A DNA stretch of 64,000 nucleotides from an uncultured Flavobacteriales bacterium (GTDB taxonomy: Bacteria; Bacteroidota; Bacteroidia; Flavobacteriales_D; Parvicellaceae). The position numbers and the translations under genes were made by a program. Of this stretch, positions 17,919 through 27,737 are shown one piece after another. The stretch covers positions 16,529 through 80,528 of the forward strand of contig CALSMU010000013.1 of assembly GCA_943787535.1 (NCBI GenBank), in the 5' to 3' direction. Position 1 is the first letter of the stretch. Every line of letters starts with the position of its first letter. The notes beneath the pieces are model-generated. The model did not search any database. It worked only from the letters and a program-made list of their open reading frames with translations, and was not told the DNA's origin.

Positions 17919-19451
17919 TTATTTAGCGTAATTAACCGATCTCTTTTCTCTAATTACTGTGATTTTTACCTGACCGGGGTAGGTCATTTCTGTTTGAATT
18001 TTTTGAGAAATCTCAAATGATAACTCATCAGCGCGTTTATCAGCAACTTTTTCGCTCTCTACCATTACACGCAATTCTCTGCCTGCTTGAATAGCATATG
18101 CCTTTGTTACTCCCTCATAAGATAAAGCTACGTTTTCAAGGTCTTTGATTCTTTGAATGTAAGATTCAGCAACTTCTCTACGCGCACCTGGTCTTGCACC
18201 AGAAATAGCATCACAAACTTGAACGATTGGAGAAATTAAAGTTGTCATTTCAATTTCATCATGGTGAGCTCCAATTGCGTTACAAATATGTGGTTTTTCA
18301 CCATATTTTTCAGCTATCTTCATTCCCAGTATGGCGTGTGGCAATTCGGGCTCATCTTCAGGGACTTTGCCTATATCATGCAAAAGACCAGCTCTTTTAG
18401 CGATTTTTGGATCTAATCCTAATTCAGAAGCCATTGTCGCACAGAGATTGGCTACTTCTCTAGAGTGTTGTAATAAATTTTGTCCATAAGAAGAACGATA
18501 CTTCATTCTTCCAACCATTTTAATTAACTCTGGGTGCAGACCATGAATCCCTAAATCAATACAAGTTCTTTTACCTGTTTCGATTATTTCATCAGTTAAT
18601 GTCTTTTTTGTTTTAGCAACAACTTCCTCAACACGAGCAGGGTGAATTCTTCCATCACTTACCAGTTGATGTAAAGATAATCGTGCTATTTCTCTTCTGA
18701 TTGGATCAAAACAAGAAAGAATGATTGCTTCCGGAGTGTCGTCAACAATTATTTCTACCCCAGTAGCAGCTTCTATAGCTCTAATGTTTCTTCCTTCTCT
18801 ACCAATAATTCTTCCTTTCATTTCATCACTTGCGATGTTAAAGACAGAAACTGAATTTTCAATTGCATGCTCCGCTGCAACCCTTTGAATGGTTTGAATA
18901 ACAATTTTCTTAGCTTCTCTAGATGCATTTAACTTGGCTTCCTCTTGAATCTCATTAATTGCAGCCATTGCGCTAGTTCTAGCCTCATCTTTTAAGGATT
19001 CTACTAGTTGAGATTTAGCATCTTCCTTAGAATATCCACTTAGTTTTTCTAACTCAGAAACCACCTTTTCATGAGATTTATCAAGGTCATCTTGTTTTTT
19101 ATTGACAATCTCTAATTGTCTGTTAAGGGTTTCCTTAGACTGGTTCAGTTGCTTGTCTTTTCGATTCGCATCTTCCAGTTTATGATTCAAGGATTTCTCT
19201 TTTTGTCTGAAAGAATTTTCACGTTCATTTAATTTCCTGTCACGATTATTTATTGCTTTTTCGTGCTCTTCTTTTAACTGTAAAAACTTTTCTTTTGCTT
19301 GAAGAATTTTCTCCTTTTTGATTGTTTCAGCTTCGCTTTTAGCTTCTTTTAAAGCGCTTGCTTTTTTTGATTTTAAACCGCTATTTAGTGCAATGTAGGC
19401 TATTATACCTCCTACAACTAATCCTATCATAGCTCCTATTACTATTTCCAT
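17919..19451 (-). CDS. rny: ribonuclease Y
   Basis: N-terminal TM helix, a long coiled coil, a KH domain ([17 protein letters not shown]) and an HD domain (HSREVA......LLHDIGK). Confidence 0.95.
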   Translation of the reverse strand: MEIVIGAMIGLVVGGIIAYIALNSGLKSKKASALKEAKSEAETIKKEKILQAKEKFLQLKEEHEKAINNRDRKLNERENSFRQKEKSLNHKLEDANRKDKQLNQSKETLNRQLEIVNKKQDDLDKSHEKVVSELEKLSGYSKEDAKSQLVESLKDEARTSAMAAINEIQEEAKLNASREAKKIVIQTIQRVAAEHAIENSVSVFNIASDEMKGRIIGREGRNIRAIEAATGVEIIVDDTPEAIILSCFDPIRREIARLSLHQLVSDGRIHPARVEEVVAKTKKTLTDEIIETGKRTCIDLGIHGLHPELIKMVGRMKYRSSYGQNLLQHSREVANLCATMASELGLDPKIAKRAGLLHDIGKVPEDEPELPHAILGMKIAEKYGEKPHICNAIGAHHDEIEMTTLISPIVQVCDAISGARPGARREVAESYIQRIKDLENVALSYEGVTKAYAIQAGRELRVMVESEKVADKRADELSFEISQKIQTEMTYPGQVKITVIREKRSVNYAK

Positions 19452-19521
19452 AGTTCAATATTAAATGTGTTTTAAATAAGCCCTTTGCCTATTTAATTAA
19501 TATTGATGGAGAATTAGAAGA

Positions 19522-19806
19522 TTATTTCTCAAGGAAATCACTCAGCTCTTCATTTAGCGCTATTAACTCATCAGAAACTTTATCGTCTTCAACTTCTTTA
19601 GAAATTGTATTTGATTTAGTACTAAGTTGTAATGCCGTCATTGCAAGTAAATCTTGCATGTCCTTTACAGCGTAGTTTTCCTTTAAGTTTTTAATGCTCT
19701 CGTTAATGTTGTCAGCAGCCTTTCGAATCATTTCCTCTTCCGATCTTTCGATTGTTAAAGGATATGTCCTTCCCGCTATATTTACTTTTATAGAAAGCTG
19801 ACTCAT
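19522..19806 (-). CDS. zapA: cell division protein ZapA
   Basis: 94 aa. IKVNIAGRTYPLTI...EE..IR.AA..IN is typical of ZapA, and the gene sits directly upstream of rny. Confidence 0.8.
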   Translation of the reverse strand: MSQLSIKVNIAGRTYPLTIERSEEEMIRKAADNINESIKNLKENYAVKDMQDLLAMTALQLSTKSNTISKEVEDDKVSDELIALNEELSDFLEK

Positions 19807-19813
19807 TACCGTT

Positions 19814-20098
19814 TTATTTATTTAAGAGTGAAATACACTTGTCAATTTCTCTAACCAACTCATTTATCTTTAGTTTCATTTCTGTGTTTTTTTCAGAATC
19901 TCCGCCTAAAGATTTTGCCATCTTCAACATTTTAATCTTTTTATTAAAATTTTCAATTTCTGCTTTCTGCTGATCTAACGTATTTTTAAGTTCAAATACT
20001 TTTGCCTCAAGTTGCATGTTTTGTTCTCTGAGTGAGCTATTGTTGCTCATTAGCGTATGAACTTTTTCCTTTATACTATTTAAAACAGCATTTTCCAT
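19814..20098 (-). CDS. 94-aa all-coiled-coil protein of unknown function
   Basis: Heptad-rich sequence (LREQNMQLEAKVFELKNTLDQQKAEIENFNKKIKMLK). The stop is 7 nt before zapA. Confidence 0.6.
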   Translation of the reverse strand: MENAVLNSIKEKVHTLMSNNSSLREQNMQLEAKVFELKNTLDQQKAEIENFNKKIKMLKMAKSLGGDSEKNTEMKLKINELVREIDKCISLLNK

Positions 20099-20133
20099 TT
20101 GTTCAAAATCCTTTTAAAAAGATTAATTCTCTA

Positions 20134-20141
20134 CAAAGTTA
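20134..20141 (-). promoter_or_regulatory. candidate -7 box (minus strand TAACTTTG)
   Basis: It fits TAnnTTTG and lies 36 nt upstream of the start at 20098. Confidence 0.35.
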
Positions 20142-20273
20142 ATATAGTACAAGGACTAAACAAATTTTCACGAAACTGTGTGCATATCTATACCATAATT
20201 AAATATTACAGATTGTGATTAATATTACCTTCATGGCTTGATATTGTTATAGATACCGGTAAAATTGAATTTT

Positions 20274-22001
20274 ATGAATAGTTTGTATAGATTTTTACTT
20301 GTGGTAGTTTGTTTGTTGACTTTTCAACAATATTACACACAAGTGGAATATGATAAAACACAATTTGTATCGCCTTTGCATATTCCTTTGATTCTTTCCG
20401 GTAATTTTGCGGAATTAAGATCGAATCATTTCCATACAGGATTAGATATTAAAACAAAAGGATCTGAGGGCTATCGGATTTATGCTGTTGATTCGGGGTT
20501 TGTTTCAAGAATCAATATATCGCATTGGGGATATGGCAAAGCAATTTATGTAACTCATCCAAATGGATATACATCTGTTTATGCTCATCTTAGCAGATTT
20601 CCAGATAAAATTGAAAAGTACTTGCGTAAAAAACAATTCGAAAATGAAACAGAGACTATTACCGTTTATCCAGATAGTTCAGATTTATTGGTTTCAAAAG
20701 AAGAAATAATTGCTTACTCAGGCAATTCAGGTAGTTCTGGTGGGCCTCATTTGCATTTTGAGATAAGAGAAACCGAAACAGAAAATGCGGTTAATCCTTT
20801 ACTTTTTGGGTTCGATGTTAAGGATGATATTCGCCCAACTGTGAGTAATATTAAAATCTACCCTTTAGAAAATGGGTTTATAAATGGAAAAGATATAGCC
20901 AAAGTCTATCCAACTGTTGGAACTTCAGGAGAATACAGGTTAAAGGATAATCCCATTATTGAGGTTGATGGTGAAATTGGTTTAGGGGTGCATACAATTG
21001 ATAAATTAAATGGAGCTGGCAATAAATGCGGTATTTATACAATAGAGTTATTTGTTGATGGAAGCAGGGTGTTTCGTCAAACGATGGAAAAAATCGATTT
21101 TTTTACGAACAGATATATAAATGCGCATAAGGATTATAATGAGTATCACTTAAAAAAGAGAAGTTTCCATAAGTCATTTGTTTCTGAAAATAATAAACTA
21201 GAACTATATGATGGATTAATAAATAAAGGGAAATTAAGTTTTGAAGATGATACTATACATCAGTTGAAATATGTCATTAAGGATACCTATGGGAATACTT
21301 CAAATCTGAATTTTCAACTTAAGTCAAATACTAAAATGGCGAAAACGATTAGTCAAGTACTTTCCTCAGGTGATACCATTAATATGGTTGGAGATGCTGT
21401 GATTGAGAAAGCTGGCTTTAAAGCTTATTTACCGGAAAACTCTGTGTATAATGACTTAAGGGCAAAGTATAAGGAAGAAGAAATGTCAAAAACGGCTTCG
21501 AGTCTGCATCAATTTGGTAATTCTAAAATACCTGTTCAGCATTATTTTATAATGAAGATAAAAACGCAAAATATTGCTAAAAATATGGAAAAAAAAGCTG
21601 TAATAGTTTCTGTTAGTAGTGATAAACGAAAGGTTTCTGCAAAAGGGGGTGAATATAAAAATGGTTGGGTTGGAACCAAAGTCAGGGCATTTGGGAATTA
21701 TGCAGTTAAAATTGATAGTGTTGCTCCCTCTGTTACAGCTGTAAATATTTCAGAAGGGAAAAATCTAAGCTCAGCTAAAAATATACAATTTAAGATATCC
21801 GATAATTTGAGTGGGGTTGAAACTTACGATTCTTTTATTGATGGAAATTGGGTTTTAGGTAAATATGTTCCAAAACGTGGAACTTTTACAATTCCATTTG
21901 ATAAGTATAATAACATTTCCAAAGGTAAGCACTTGTTAAAGGTATTGGTAAAAGACGAAAGAGGTAATGAGACATTGAAAGAATTCAACTTTATTCGTTA
22001 G
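20274..22001 (+). CDS. M23-family metallopeptidase with C-terminal beta-rich (Ig-like) region
   Basis: HFHTGLDIK ... GGPHLHFEIRE zinc-ligand motifs and a signal peptide. The ATG at 20274 is preferred over the TTG at 20265. Confidence 0.9.
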   Translation: MNSLYRFLLVVVCLLTFQQYYTQVEYDKTQFVSPLHIPLILSGNFAELRSNHFHTGLDIKTKGSEGYRIYAVDSGFVSRINISHWGYGKAIYVTHPNGYTSVYAHLSRFPDKIEKYLRKKQFENETETITVYPDSSDLLVSKEEIIAYSGNSGSSGGPHLHFEIRETETENAVNPLLFGFDVKDDIRPTVSNIKIYPLENGFINGKDIAKVYPTVGTSGEYRLKDNPIIEVDGEIGLGVHTIDKLNGAGNKCGIYTIELFVDGSRVFRQTMEKIDFFTNRYINAHKDYNEYHLKKRSFHKSFVSENNKLELYDGLINKGKLSFEDDTIHQLKYVIKDTYGNTSNLNFQLKSNTKMAKTISQVLSSGDTINMVGDAVIEKAGFKAYLPENSVYNDLRAKYKEEEMSKTASSLHQFGNSKIPVQHYFIMKIKTQNIAKNMEKKAVIVSVSSDKRKVSAKGGEYKNGWVGTKVRAFGNYAVKIDSVAPSVTAVNISEGKNLSSAKNIQFKISDNLSGVETYDSFIDGNWVLGKYVPKRGTFTIPFDKYNNISKGKHLLKVLVKDERGNETLKEFNFIR

Positions 22002-23430
22002 GTGTTTTTTGCCTGTATAATTTAAATAGGTTTAAATTTAAAGCTACCAATTCCAGATTCTTATTTTGAACTTCTGTATTCTTATAAAAAAGGTGATATT
22101 CTGCCTTTTCTTTTTTAGAATCTAAATGAAGGTTGTGATAGCGCATAGCATAAACTTGATTGCTCCATTGCCTTTTGACTTTTTGGGTAGTTTTTACAAT
22201 AGAGTTATGGGGTATTACAGTGCTCAAAGTTTTAATGTCATTGATTATCAACTCATCTCTTTTTGTTTTTCCTATACTAATTATTGTGACAGTAATACTT
22301 ACAATAAGAGCTATACTTGACAAAATTTTAAAAGTTTGAAATTTAATTGATGCTGTATTTATTTTTGTAATAAATTGGGATAATAGAGGAGCAATGATGA
22401 ATGCAGCGGCTATGCCAAAGAAAGGCAAAGAAGGTGAGAAATAGAAAGGTTTCTGAATCATAGTTAGTGTTAATGGAATAGAAGCGCATATTCCAATACT
22501 GAAAAACAAGAGAACATGCTTAAAGTTGATGTTAGAAAGTTTTTTCTTAGTCTTTGTTATAGCTAGAACAATGAATGTTAATAGCATAATAGGGACTAAT
22601 TCTAAAAATAACTTTCCAAGTATCCAATATCGACTATCAACAGTAGGTGAAGAGCTTATTCTTCCTATTAATCGTTCTTGGAAGTAAAACTTAAAACTAT
22701 TAAACGCTCCCTCACTAATGGTAAGCATCAATAAATAAGCTGTTGCAACCGTTAGAATAGGAGTCATTGTCCATAATGTGGTATTGATAAAAGAACTTTT
22801 TCTATAAATAAGATAGTATAGAGGTATTACTGCTAGGGGGAAAAGTCCAGGTACTCCTTTTGTAAAGGTTGCCAGAAAAATAAAGAAACCACCCACTAAA
22901 AAAAGAAGCTGTTTGTTTTGTTGTGCCTGCACTCCTTTTAATAAAAAAAGAACTGATAACAATGTGAAAAGGCTTAATGTGTTTTCTAAGATATTATTGT
23001 GTATAGACCAAAAGCTAATTGGGATAGTGATCCATAAAAGAATAGGGAGCCAACTAATATTTTTAAATTTATCTTGAGTTACCTTATTCCAAATTTTGAA
23101 TATTAGGTAAGCAGTTATGCAGGCAACAAGAAAAGAATAGAGTCTTTCTACATATATACTAAATCCAAAAACCTTAAAAAAAATGGCTTGCAGTCCAAAT
23201 CCTAAGGGTGGTTGTTCATGAAAAAAATCAGAACCAGAGGAATGCCAACTATAGCTAAATATGGGCTCCCAAAATGTGCCAATTCCTTGCGCCATATTTT
23301 TTGAAACACCTAAGTATAATAATCCATCCATAAACATTCCTTCTTGTATAAGAGAAGGAGCGACAACTATAATAAAAATGGCAATGGTAAGAATCCAAAA
23401 GGGAAGCGACTTTTTATTGAACTTTAACAT
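21991..23430 (-). CDS. ArnT/PMT-like (GT39/GT83-type) lipid-linked-sugar glycosyltransferase
   Basis: About 12 TM helices. The first periplasmic loop has MDGLLY...HEQPPLGF, typical of the family. Confidence 0.75.
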   Translation of the reverse strand: MLKFNKKSLPFWILTIAIFIIVVAPSLIQEGMFMDGLLYLGVSKNMAQGIGTFWEPIFSYSWHSSGSDFFHEQPPLGFGLQAIFFKVFGFSIYVERLYSFLVACITAYLIFKIWNKVTQDKFKNISWLPILLWITIPISFWSIHNNILENTLSLFTLLSVLFLLKGVQAQQNKQLLFLVGGFFIFLATFTKGVPGLFPLAVIPLYYLIYRKSSFINTTLWTMTPILTVATAYLLMLTISEGAFNSFKFYFQERLIGRISSSPTVDSRYWILGKLFLELVPIMLLTFIVLAITKTKKKLSNINFKHVLLFFSIGICASIPLTLTMIQKPFYFSPSLPFFGIAAAFIIAPLLSQFITKINTASIKFQTFKILSSIALIVSITVTIISIGKTKRDELIINDIKTLSTVIPHNSIVKTTQKVKRQWSNQVYAMRYHNLHLDSKKEKAEYHLFYKNTEVQNKNLELVALNLNLFKLYRQKTPNE

Positions 23431-23574
23431 TTAAAATTATTTATAATCGTAAAAGTACTGAATCTGTTTATTAAACGGCTCCTAAATCAAATATTGGTTT
23501 TACGATTGCAATTTTGAAGGAAATATGACCGTCAAATTGTACCATAAATTACAGCTCTATTAATTGATAATAAT

Positions 23575-23582
23575 TACATTTG
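23575..23582 (+). promoter_or_regulatory. candidate -7 box TACATTTG
   Basis: It fits TAnnTTTG and lies 25 nt upstream of the ATG at 23607. The TTG at 23580 that opens the tracked ORF lies inside this box. Confidence 0.45.
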
Positions 23583-23606
23583 TTTTATATAATTAAAGTA
23601 AGAATA

Positions 23607-24557
23607 ATGAGTGAAAAAATAGAAAAAATTAAATGTTTGATAATTGGCTCGGGTCCTGCAGGGTTTACAGCTGCAATTTATGCTTCCAGAGCGAATATGG
23701 CTCCAGTGCTGTATCAAGGAATGCAGCCAGGTGGACAATTAACTACTACTACAGAGGTTGATAATTTTCCCGGATACCCTGACGGAGTTAATGGGCCAGA
23801 GATGATGATGCAATTGGAAGCACAGGCGAAAAGGTTTGATGCGGATATACGATCAGGATATATTACAAGAGTTGATTTTACAGGACCTGTGCATAAAGTT
23901 TGGGTCGATGGAGTCAAAGAGATTCATGCGGACACTATTATTATTTCTACCGGAGCTTCAGCTAAATATTTAGGTTTAGAATCTGAGCAGCACTACTTAA
24001 AAATAGGCGGTGGAGTTTCTGCTTGTGCTGTTTGTGACGGTTTTTTCTACAAAGGACAAGAAACAGTAATTGTTGGTGCGGGAGATTCGGCATGTGAAGA
24101 AGCGCATTACCTTTCCAATATTTGTACTAAAGTAACGATGTTGGTCCGCAGAGATGAGTTTAGAGCGTCTAAAATAATGGCTGAGCGTGTTAAAAACACT
24201 AAAAATATTACCATTTTATATAATACTGAGACTGAAGAGGTTTTGGGAGATGATAATGGTGTAACAGGGGCAAGAACGAAAAACAACAAAACAGGAGAGG
24301 TTACCGATATCCCTTGCACTGGTTTTTTTGTTGCAATAGGTCATAATCCGAATACAGAAATTTTCAAACCTTACATTGAAATGGATGAGACAGGATATAT
24401 TATAAATACCCCAGGTTCTTCTAAAACAAATGTTGCGGGAGTTTTTGTTTCAGGAGATGCTGCTGATAAAGATTATCGTCAAGCAGTTACTGCTGCGGGT
24501 ACGGGGTGTATGGCTGCTTTAGATGCTGAAAGATATTTAGCGGCATTAGGGCACTAA
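23607..24557 (+). CDS. trxB: thioredoxin-disulfide reductase
   Basis: GSGPAG FAD motif, the redox-active CAVCDG, and the GAGDSA NADPH motif. The start is set at MSEKIEK. Confidence 0.95.
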   Translation: MSEKIEKIKCLIIGSGPAGFTAAIYASRANMAPVLYQGMQPGGQLTTTTEVDNFPGYPDGVNGPEMMMQLEAQAKRFDADIRSGYITRVDFTGPVHKVWVDGVKEIHADTIIISTGASAKYLGLESEQHYLKIGGGVSACAVCDGFFYKGQETVIVGAGDSACEEAHYLSNICTKVTMLVRRDEFRASKIMAERVKNTKNITILYNTETEEVLGDDNGVTGARTKNNKTGEVTDIPCTGFFVAIGHNPNTEIFKPYIEMDETGYIINTPGSSKTNVAGVFVSGDAADKDYRQAVTAAGTGCMAALDAERYLAALGH

Positions 24558-24572
24558 AAGCGCAGAACCTGC

Positions 24573-25025
24573 TCACCTTATTTTACCTATAGTAACGGCA
24601 TCATTTCTACTGGAAATGGTGTCGTTTAGTTTTAGAAATAATGTAGATCGAAGTTCGAGAGGTCTTATCTTTTTTGGGAATTTTCTAATTAATAAGGTCA
24701 GTTGCAATAGTGCGTGTTCGCAAAGCGTATCATTTTTAATACACTGCTCATGGAAAATTTCAGCAAGCAGCATTCTACTGTTATAATCATTAGGGTCCAT
24801 TTTAAGCAGTTTGTCTAATAGTTTTTCTGCATTATCTATTTCTCCTTTCTTATAAAGTTGTGCTGCTTCCATAATTGGAGTAGGATTTCTAATTATACTT
24901 TGCTGGGTGTATTCTTCCCTGTCTTGTTTTAAATCCATGGTAAGTGAATACATTATCCATAAAATACCAAATAGAAATATTGAAGATTTTAAAATCGAAA
25001 AAATGATATGCGGTTTTTTCTTCAA
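24573..25025 (-). CDS. membrane-anchored TPR-like protein
   Basis: One N-terminal TM helix followed by TPR-like helices (AAQLYKKGEIDNAEKLLDKLLKMDPNDYNS). It is the last gene of the sigma/anti-sigma operon. Confidence 0.6.
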   Translation of the reverse strand: MKKKPHIIFSILKSSIFLFGILWIMYSLTMDLKQDREEYTQQSIIRNPTPIMEAAQLYKKGEIDNAEKLLDKLLKMDPNDYNSRMLLAEIFHEQCIKNDTLCEHALLQLTLLIRKFPKKIRPLELRSTLFLKLNDTISSRNDAVTIGKIR

Positions 25026-25026
25026 A

Positions 25027-26205
25027 CTAAATATTATTTAACATTTCACTTGCTTTTTTTGCATAAAACCCATTTTCAGTAGCTATTTCATTCAATATCG
25101 TTATACACTTACTTATTTTACCTAATTCATGCAAGCTCATCGCTTTGTACCATTTTGCTTCTTCATAAAAAGTATTGAAATCATGGTTTAATACTCTGTC
25201 AAAATGCTGAATGGCCTTCTTTTGTTTATTGATATTGAAATAACAAAGAGCCATATAAAAGTGCGCATTCACATCATTTGAATAGTGATTCAAAATGGTT
25301 CTGTAATCTTTTAATGCATCTTTAAATTTATTCCTTCTGAATTTTGCTTGTGTCTCCTCTAAAAAATCCACATAAGTGATTTTTTGAGTATAGCTATTTA
25401 CAGCTAATTCACTTGCACCATTATCGCTTTTATTTTCTTTGTCAGCGGTTGTGCCGGTTAGTTCAAAGTTTGGAACAGTGATTTCCTTAGTGTATATGTT
25501 AGTGTAATCAACAACCAAAAGTCTTGAAAGAAACAAAGTCCCTACGTTACTGCTAATAACATTTGTGATAGTCACTTCGGTAACTTCTTTTTTATCACTT
25601 GATTTTGCGTTAATTATTTGTTTCTCTTCATTGATTAGTAGGATTGCGCTATCAATGTTATCTATTTCATTAAGAGAACTATCTATAGCCATGATTAGGG
25701 GAGCGTTAAAAATAATTCTATCAGAAGTTAGTTGTTTACTTTCCTCCAATGGAGTTGCATCTTCTATTTCTTTATCGTTCAATTCTTTAATTGGTTGGAT
25801 AGTAATATATGTGGAACTTGAATCAGTAATTGTCTGCATAGTTAATTTACTTTCATCAAATTTAATCTCGTCTAAATCGATTTGATCTAGAAAATGGTAG
25901 CCAATAAAATAGAGCCCTATAGCAACACCAATTATAAGAATAAATGAAAATTCGAATCTCCAAAATTTACTAGCTACTTTTCGAGGAAGGTTTCCATGGA
26001 ATTGATCTTCTAATTGTTTAAACCCTTCCATGGAGCCAGGTGTAGATTCAAACCCTTCCATGGCGTCACTGTTGAAATCATTGCTGGCAATTTTTTGCTC
26101 AAGCTGATATTTTTCAGCTTGTGACATATCACCTTTTAAATAAGCGTCCATTTCCTCTTTGGTAAGAGGAGTGCTGCTTTCGAATATGTTCTTTTTCCTG
26201 CTCAT
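25027..26205 (-). CDS. putative anti-sigma factor: single-TM protein with C-terminal TPR domain
   Basis: The start is 5 nt after the sigma gene stop. The N-terminal cytoplasmic segment (MDAYLKGDMSQAEKYQLEQKI) resembles Bacteroidota anti-sigma N-termini. It has a TM helix (FSFILIIGVAIGLYFIGY) and C-terminal TPR repeats. Confidence 0.55.
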   Translation of the reverse strand: MSRKKNIFESSTPLTKEEMDAYLKGDMSQAEKYQLEQKIASNDFNSDAMEGFESTPGSMEGFKQLEDQFHGNLPRKVASKFWRFEFSFILIIGVAIGLYFIGYHFLDQIDLDEIKFDESKLTMQTITDSSSTYITIQPIKELNDKEIEDATPLEESKQLTSDRIIFNAPLIMAIDSSLNEIDNIDSAILLINEEKQIINAKSSDKKEVTEVTITNVISSNVGTLFLSRLLVVDYTNIYTKEITVPNFELTGTTADKENKSDNGASELAVNSYTQKITYVDFLEETQAKFRRNKFKDALKDYRTILNHYSNDVNAHFYMALCYFNINKQKKAIQHFDRVLNHDFNTFYEEAKWYKAMSLHELGKISKCITILNEIATENGFYAKKASEMLNNI

Positions 26206-26210
26206 TTTAT

Positions 26211-26780
26211 TCAGCTATAATTTTCAGTTAGAATTATTTTTAAATTCCGTTTCCCATTTTGAATATAACTTTTCACTTTTTTTGTTTCGTAGCCTGTTAG
26301 GTTTGCAACTTCATCGTATGTTTTTTCTTTTAAATAGAATAAATCAATACACTGTTGTTGCTCGTTTTTTAGTTTTTTTATTGCCTCTTCAAGGTTTTTT
26401 AATTTACTTTCTTTAATGAATATATCCTCCGGATTGTAGTTGTCTTTGAGCTTGTATTCCAATTCAGAAATATTTTCAATTCCTTCAGGTTTTTTCTTCC
26501 GTAATTGCATTAGGCAATGGTTTGTAGAAACCCTATACAACCAAGATTTAAAATTCTTTACATCCATTCTCAGTAAATCAACCATTACCTTTTCAAAAAT
26601 TACAGATGTAGCATCTTGACTTTCTACTACATTGTTTAGATACTTTAAACATACACCATATACAAGGTGTCCGTATCTTTCAAATAAAATACCAATGTAT
26701 TTATTGTTTTTACTTTTCTTGTACTGAATGAGTAGTTCCGTATCTGGAAATTGTTTGATATTTTTTTTTGTTCTTCTCAA
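26211..26780 (-). CDS. ECF-type RNA polymerase sigma-70 factor
   Basis: Region 2 (FE..Y..LVYGVCLKYL......QD......FEK) and region 4 (Q..C..LFYL.E.TY.EVA..TG....VKSYIQNGKRNLK). Confidence 0.9.
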   Translation of the reverse strand: MRRTKKNIKQFPDTELLIQYKKSKNNKYIGILFERYGHLVYGVCLKYLNNVVESQDATSVIFEKVMVDLLRMDVKNFKSWLYRVSTNHCLMQLRKKKPEGIENISELEYKLKDNYNPEDIFIKESKLKNLEEAIKKLKNEQQQCIDLFYLKEKTYDEVANLTGYETKKVKSYIQNGKRNLKIILTENYS

Positions 26781-26797
26781 AAAATCCTTTTGAATTG

Positions 26798-26805
26798 CAA
26801 ATATA
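26798..26805 (-). promoter_or_regulatory. candidate -7 box (minus strand TATATTTG)
   Basis: It fits TAnnTTTG and lies 18 nt upstream of the sigma-factor start at 26780. Confidence 0.4.
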
Positions 26806-26862
26806 ATAAACTACTTAAGGGTTTGTAAAAAGTTTAATTCTTGATCGGTATAACGGAATAAC

Positions 26863-26889
26863 AAAACAGCGAGAATGAAACGCTGTTTT
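26863..26889 (-). terminator. hairpin AAAACAGCG (9-nt loop) CGCTGTTTT
   Basis: A 9-bp stem lies 16 nt downstream of the plug-protein stop, flanked by T-rich sequence on the minus strand. Confidence 0.5.
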
Positions 26890-26904
26890 ATTACTCAAAA
26901 ATTA

Positions 26905-27660
26905 TTAGTCAACTACTTTATTATGACTTTCTTTATATGCCTTCATTTCTTGTTCTCCTTTCCAGATTGAATAGTAATCAAAGTAACTTTTTGTTTCTAC
27001 CATTATAACTCCTCCCAGGACATCGCCATATTTAGCAGGAACCCCACCTGTATATACGCGCATAGCTTGAATTGAAGCACTAGGCAAAGTTGGTCTTCCT
27101 CCGGTTATTTTTACTCCATCCACAATATACATTACATCACCATTTCGTGAGCCTCTAAAGTATATTTCATTGCCATCTTCGGAAACTTTTATCTCTGAAC
27201 TCATTGTTCTTGCTATCTGATTTATGTTGGTTCTAACTGGAAGAACTGCAATTTCTTTAGCTTTAATTGTAACAATTTTAGTGTCTTCTGGATCTATTAA
27301 TTTTTCTCTCCAAGTATGGATTTCGATAACTCCTAAAAGTCCTTTTGTCATAACCAGATCGTTGACAAATGTGATTTTGTCTGCGTTAATTTGTATTCCA
27401 TTCTGTTTGAGCGTGTCAATTCCAGATGCTATCGTTAAATTATAGGTTCCCGGATTTAAGGGCTTAATTGTAAACTTTCCGTCAAAATCGGTTATTGTTT
27501 GTACTGTCTTTCCAAGTACATCTAGTGTTACCATGGCTCCTGGTATAGGATCGTTTGTCTCGTTTTCTACTATTTTCCCTTTTAGTGTTCCAAAGTTTGC
27601 TTGGGCGAACAAAGTGGAAGTTCCAAATATTAGAAGCGCTGCACAAATTAAATTTTTCAT
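26905..27660 (-). CDS. secreted CarboxypepD_reg-like domain + TonB-receptor Plug domain protein with no beta-barrel
   Basis: Signal peptide, then GTLKGKIVE.ETNDPIPGAMVTL....K...TDFDGKFTI..L.PGTY.L (carboxypeptidase-regulatory-like fold), then plug motifs (IYFRGSRNGDVMYIVDGVKI, VYTGGVPAKYGDVLGGVIMVETKS). The ORF ends about 30 aa later. Confidence 0.75.
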   Translation of the reverse strand: MKNLICAALLIFGTSTLFAQANFGTLKGKIVENETNDPIPGAMVTLDVLGKTVQTITDFDGKFTIKPLNPGTYNLTIASGIDTLKQNGIQINADKITFVNDLVMTKGLLGVIEIHTWREKLIDPEDTKIVTIKAKEIAVLPVRTNINQIARTMSSEIKVSEDGNEIYFRGSRNGDVMYIVDGVKITGGRPTLPSASIQAMRVYTGGVPAKYGDVLGGVIMVETKSYFDYYSIWKGEQEMKAYKESHNKVVD

Positions 27661-27737
27661 ATCTCTTATTTTTTAATTGGTTCTCTATTGAGATGCAGTT
27701 ATAAATAAGATTCCACAAAAAGTATTTATATTCTTTC

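Noticed and set aside
23580-23606. N-terminal extensions of tracked ORFs that use TTG/GTG or far-upstream ATG starts (trxB 23580, DUF6089-like 40467, bamA 42218, murI 45892, sucC 48602, serC 53417, small ORF 53560, adhesin 53960, 59372, 59820, 63644).
   Set aside because: In each case an internal ATG gives the canonical N-terminus or a signal peptide. The extension either runs through a promoter box (23575-23582, 48665-48672) or a terminator (45903-45933), or it overlaps the upstream gene.
26905-27660. Considered whether the plug-only ORF is simply the 5' fragment of a frameshifted full-length TonB receptor.
   Set aside because: The 16 nt after the stop run into a terminator hairpin and then the sigma-factor promoter region. 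There is no room for a barrel and no barrel-like reading in any frame. It is therefore kept as a finding rather than called a pseudogene, but an ancient truncation cannot be excluded.
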